A stretch of 64,000 nt of DNA from a virus (lineage: Duplodnaviria; Caudoviricetes): IMG/VR virus record IMGVR_UViG_3300042397_003635; one strand, written 5' to 3'. Of the stretch, positions 63,984 to 64,000 are shown piece after piece; position 1 is the first letter of the stretch, and each line of letters opens with the position of its first letter. The position numbers and the translations under genes are program-made. Below the pieces are notes generated by a model, which saw nothing but the letters and a program-made list of their open reading frames with translations, searched no databases and was not told the DNA's origin.

Positions 63984-64000
63984 AGCTTTTAATTTATAGG

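Noticed and set aside
1-64000. tRNA or rRNA genes
   Set aside because: No GTTCRANYC T-loop in a cloverleaf context was seen on either strand by eye; tRNAscan-SE would be decisive
1-64000. Stop-codon reassignment (TAG/TGA) as in some Bacteroidota phages
   Set aside because: Long conserved genes are uninterrupted in code 11, and TAG ends genes at sensible positions (e.g. 23832, 20756)

Overview
This is a 64 kb, AT-rich, densely coding segment of a large T4-like (jumbo) lytic phage genome. The host is very probably a Bacteroidota species, based on a TonB-dependent receptor plus lipoprotein, a DUF4494 protein, TAnnTTTG-like early promoters and A-rich leaders without obvious Shine-Dalgarno sites. 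(1) 1-23.2 kb, mostly minus strand: type II topoisomerase subunits split by a SulP transporter, a TBDR/beta-helix lipoprotein pair, mgsA, an Acb1-like 2H phosphoesterase, two HAD RNA-repair-like genes and a block of late genes. (2) 23.8-25.6 kb: a repeat-rich boundary containing an IS607-type serine recombinase whose catalytic Ser appears replaced by Ala. (3) 25.6-39.6 kb: an early or host-takeover cassette on the minus strand, with 18 copies of one promoter, 9 DnaA-box-like elements at helically phased distances, RadA-like, DUF932, sigma factor, Hsp20 and many microproteins. (4) 39.58-40.02 kb: a GC-rich island with 24 CCWGG sites. (5) 40-64 kb: mixed-strand late and accessory genes (protease, amidase, HDAC, PD-(D/E)xK nuclease, phosphoesterases, Fpg/Nei, spanin-like pair). 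About 24 unrelated proteins share a T4 internal-protein-like capsid-targeting N-terminus, and 6 of them also share an RLxDLGL motif. No tRNA, rRNA or CRISPR array was seen. All family calls are by-eye motif recognition; no database search was run.
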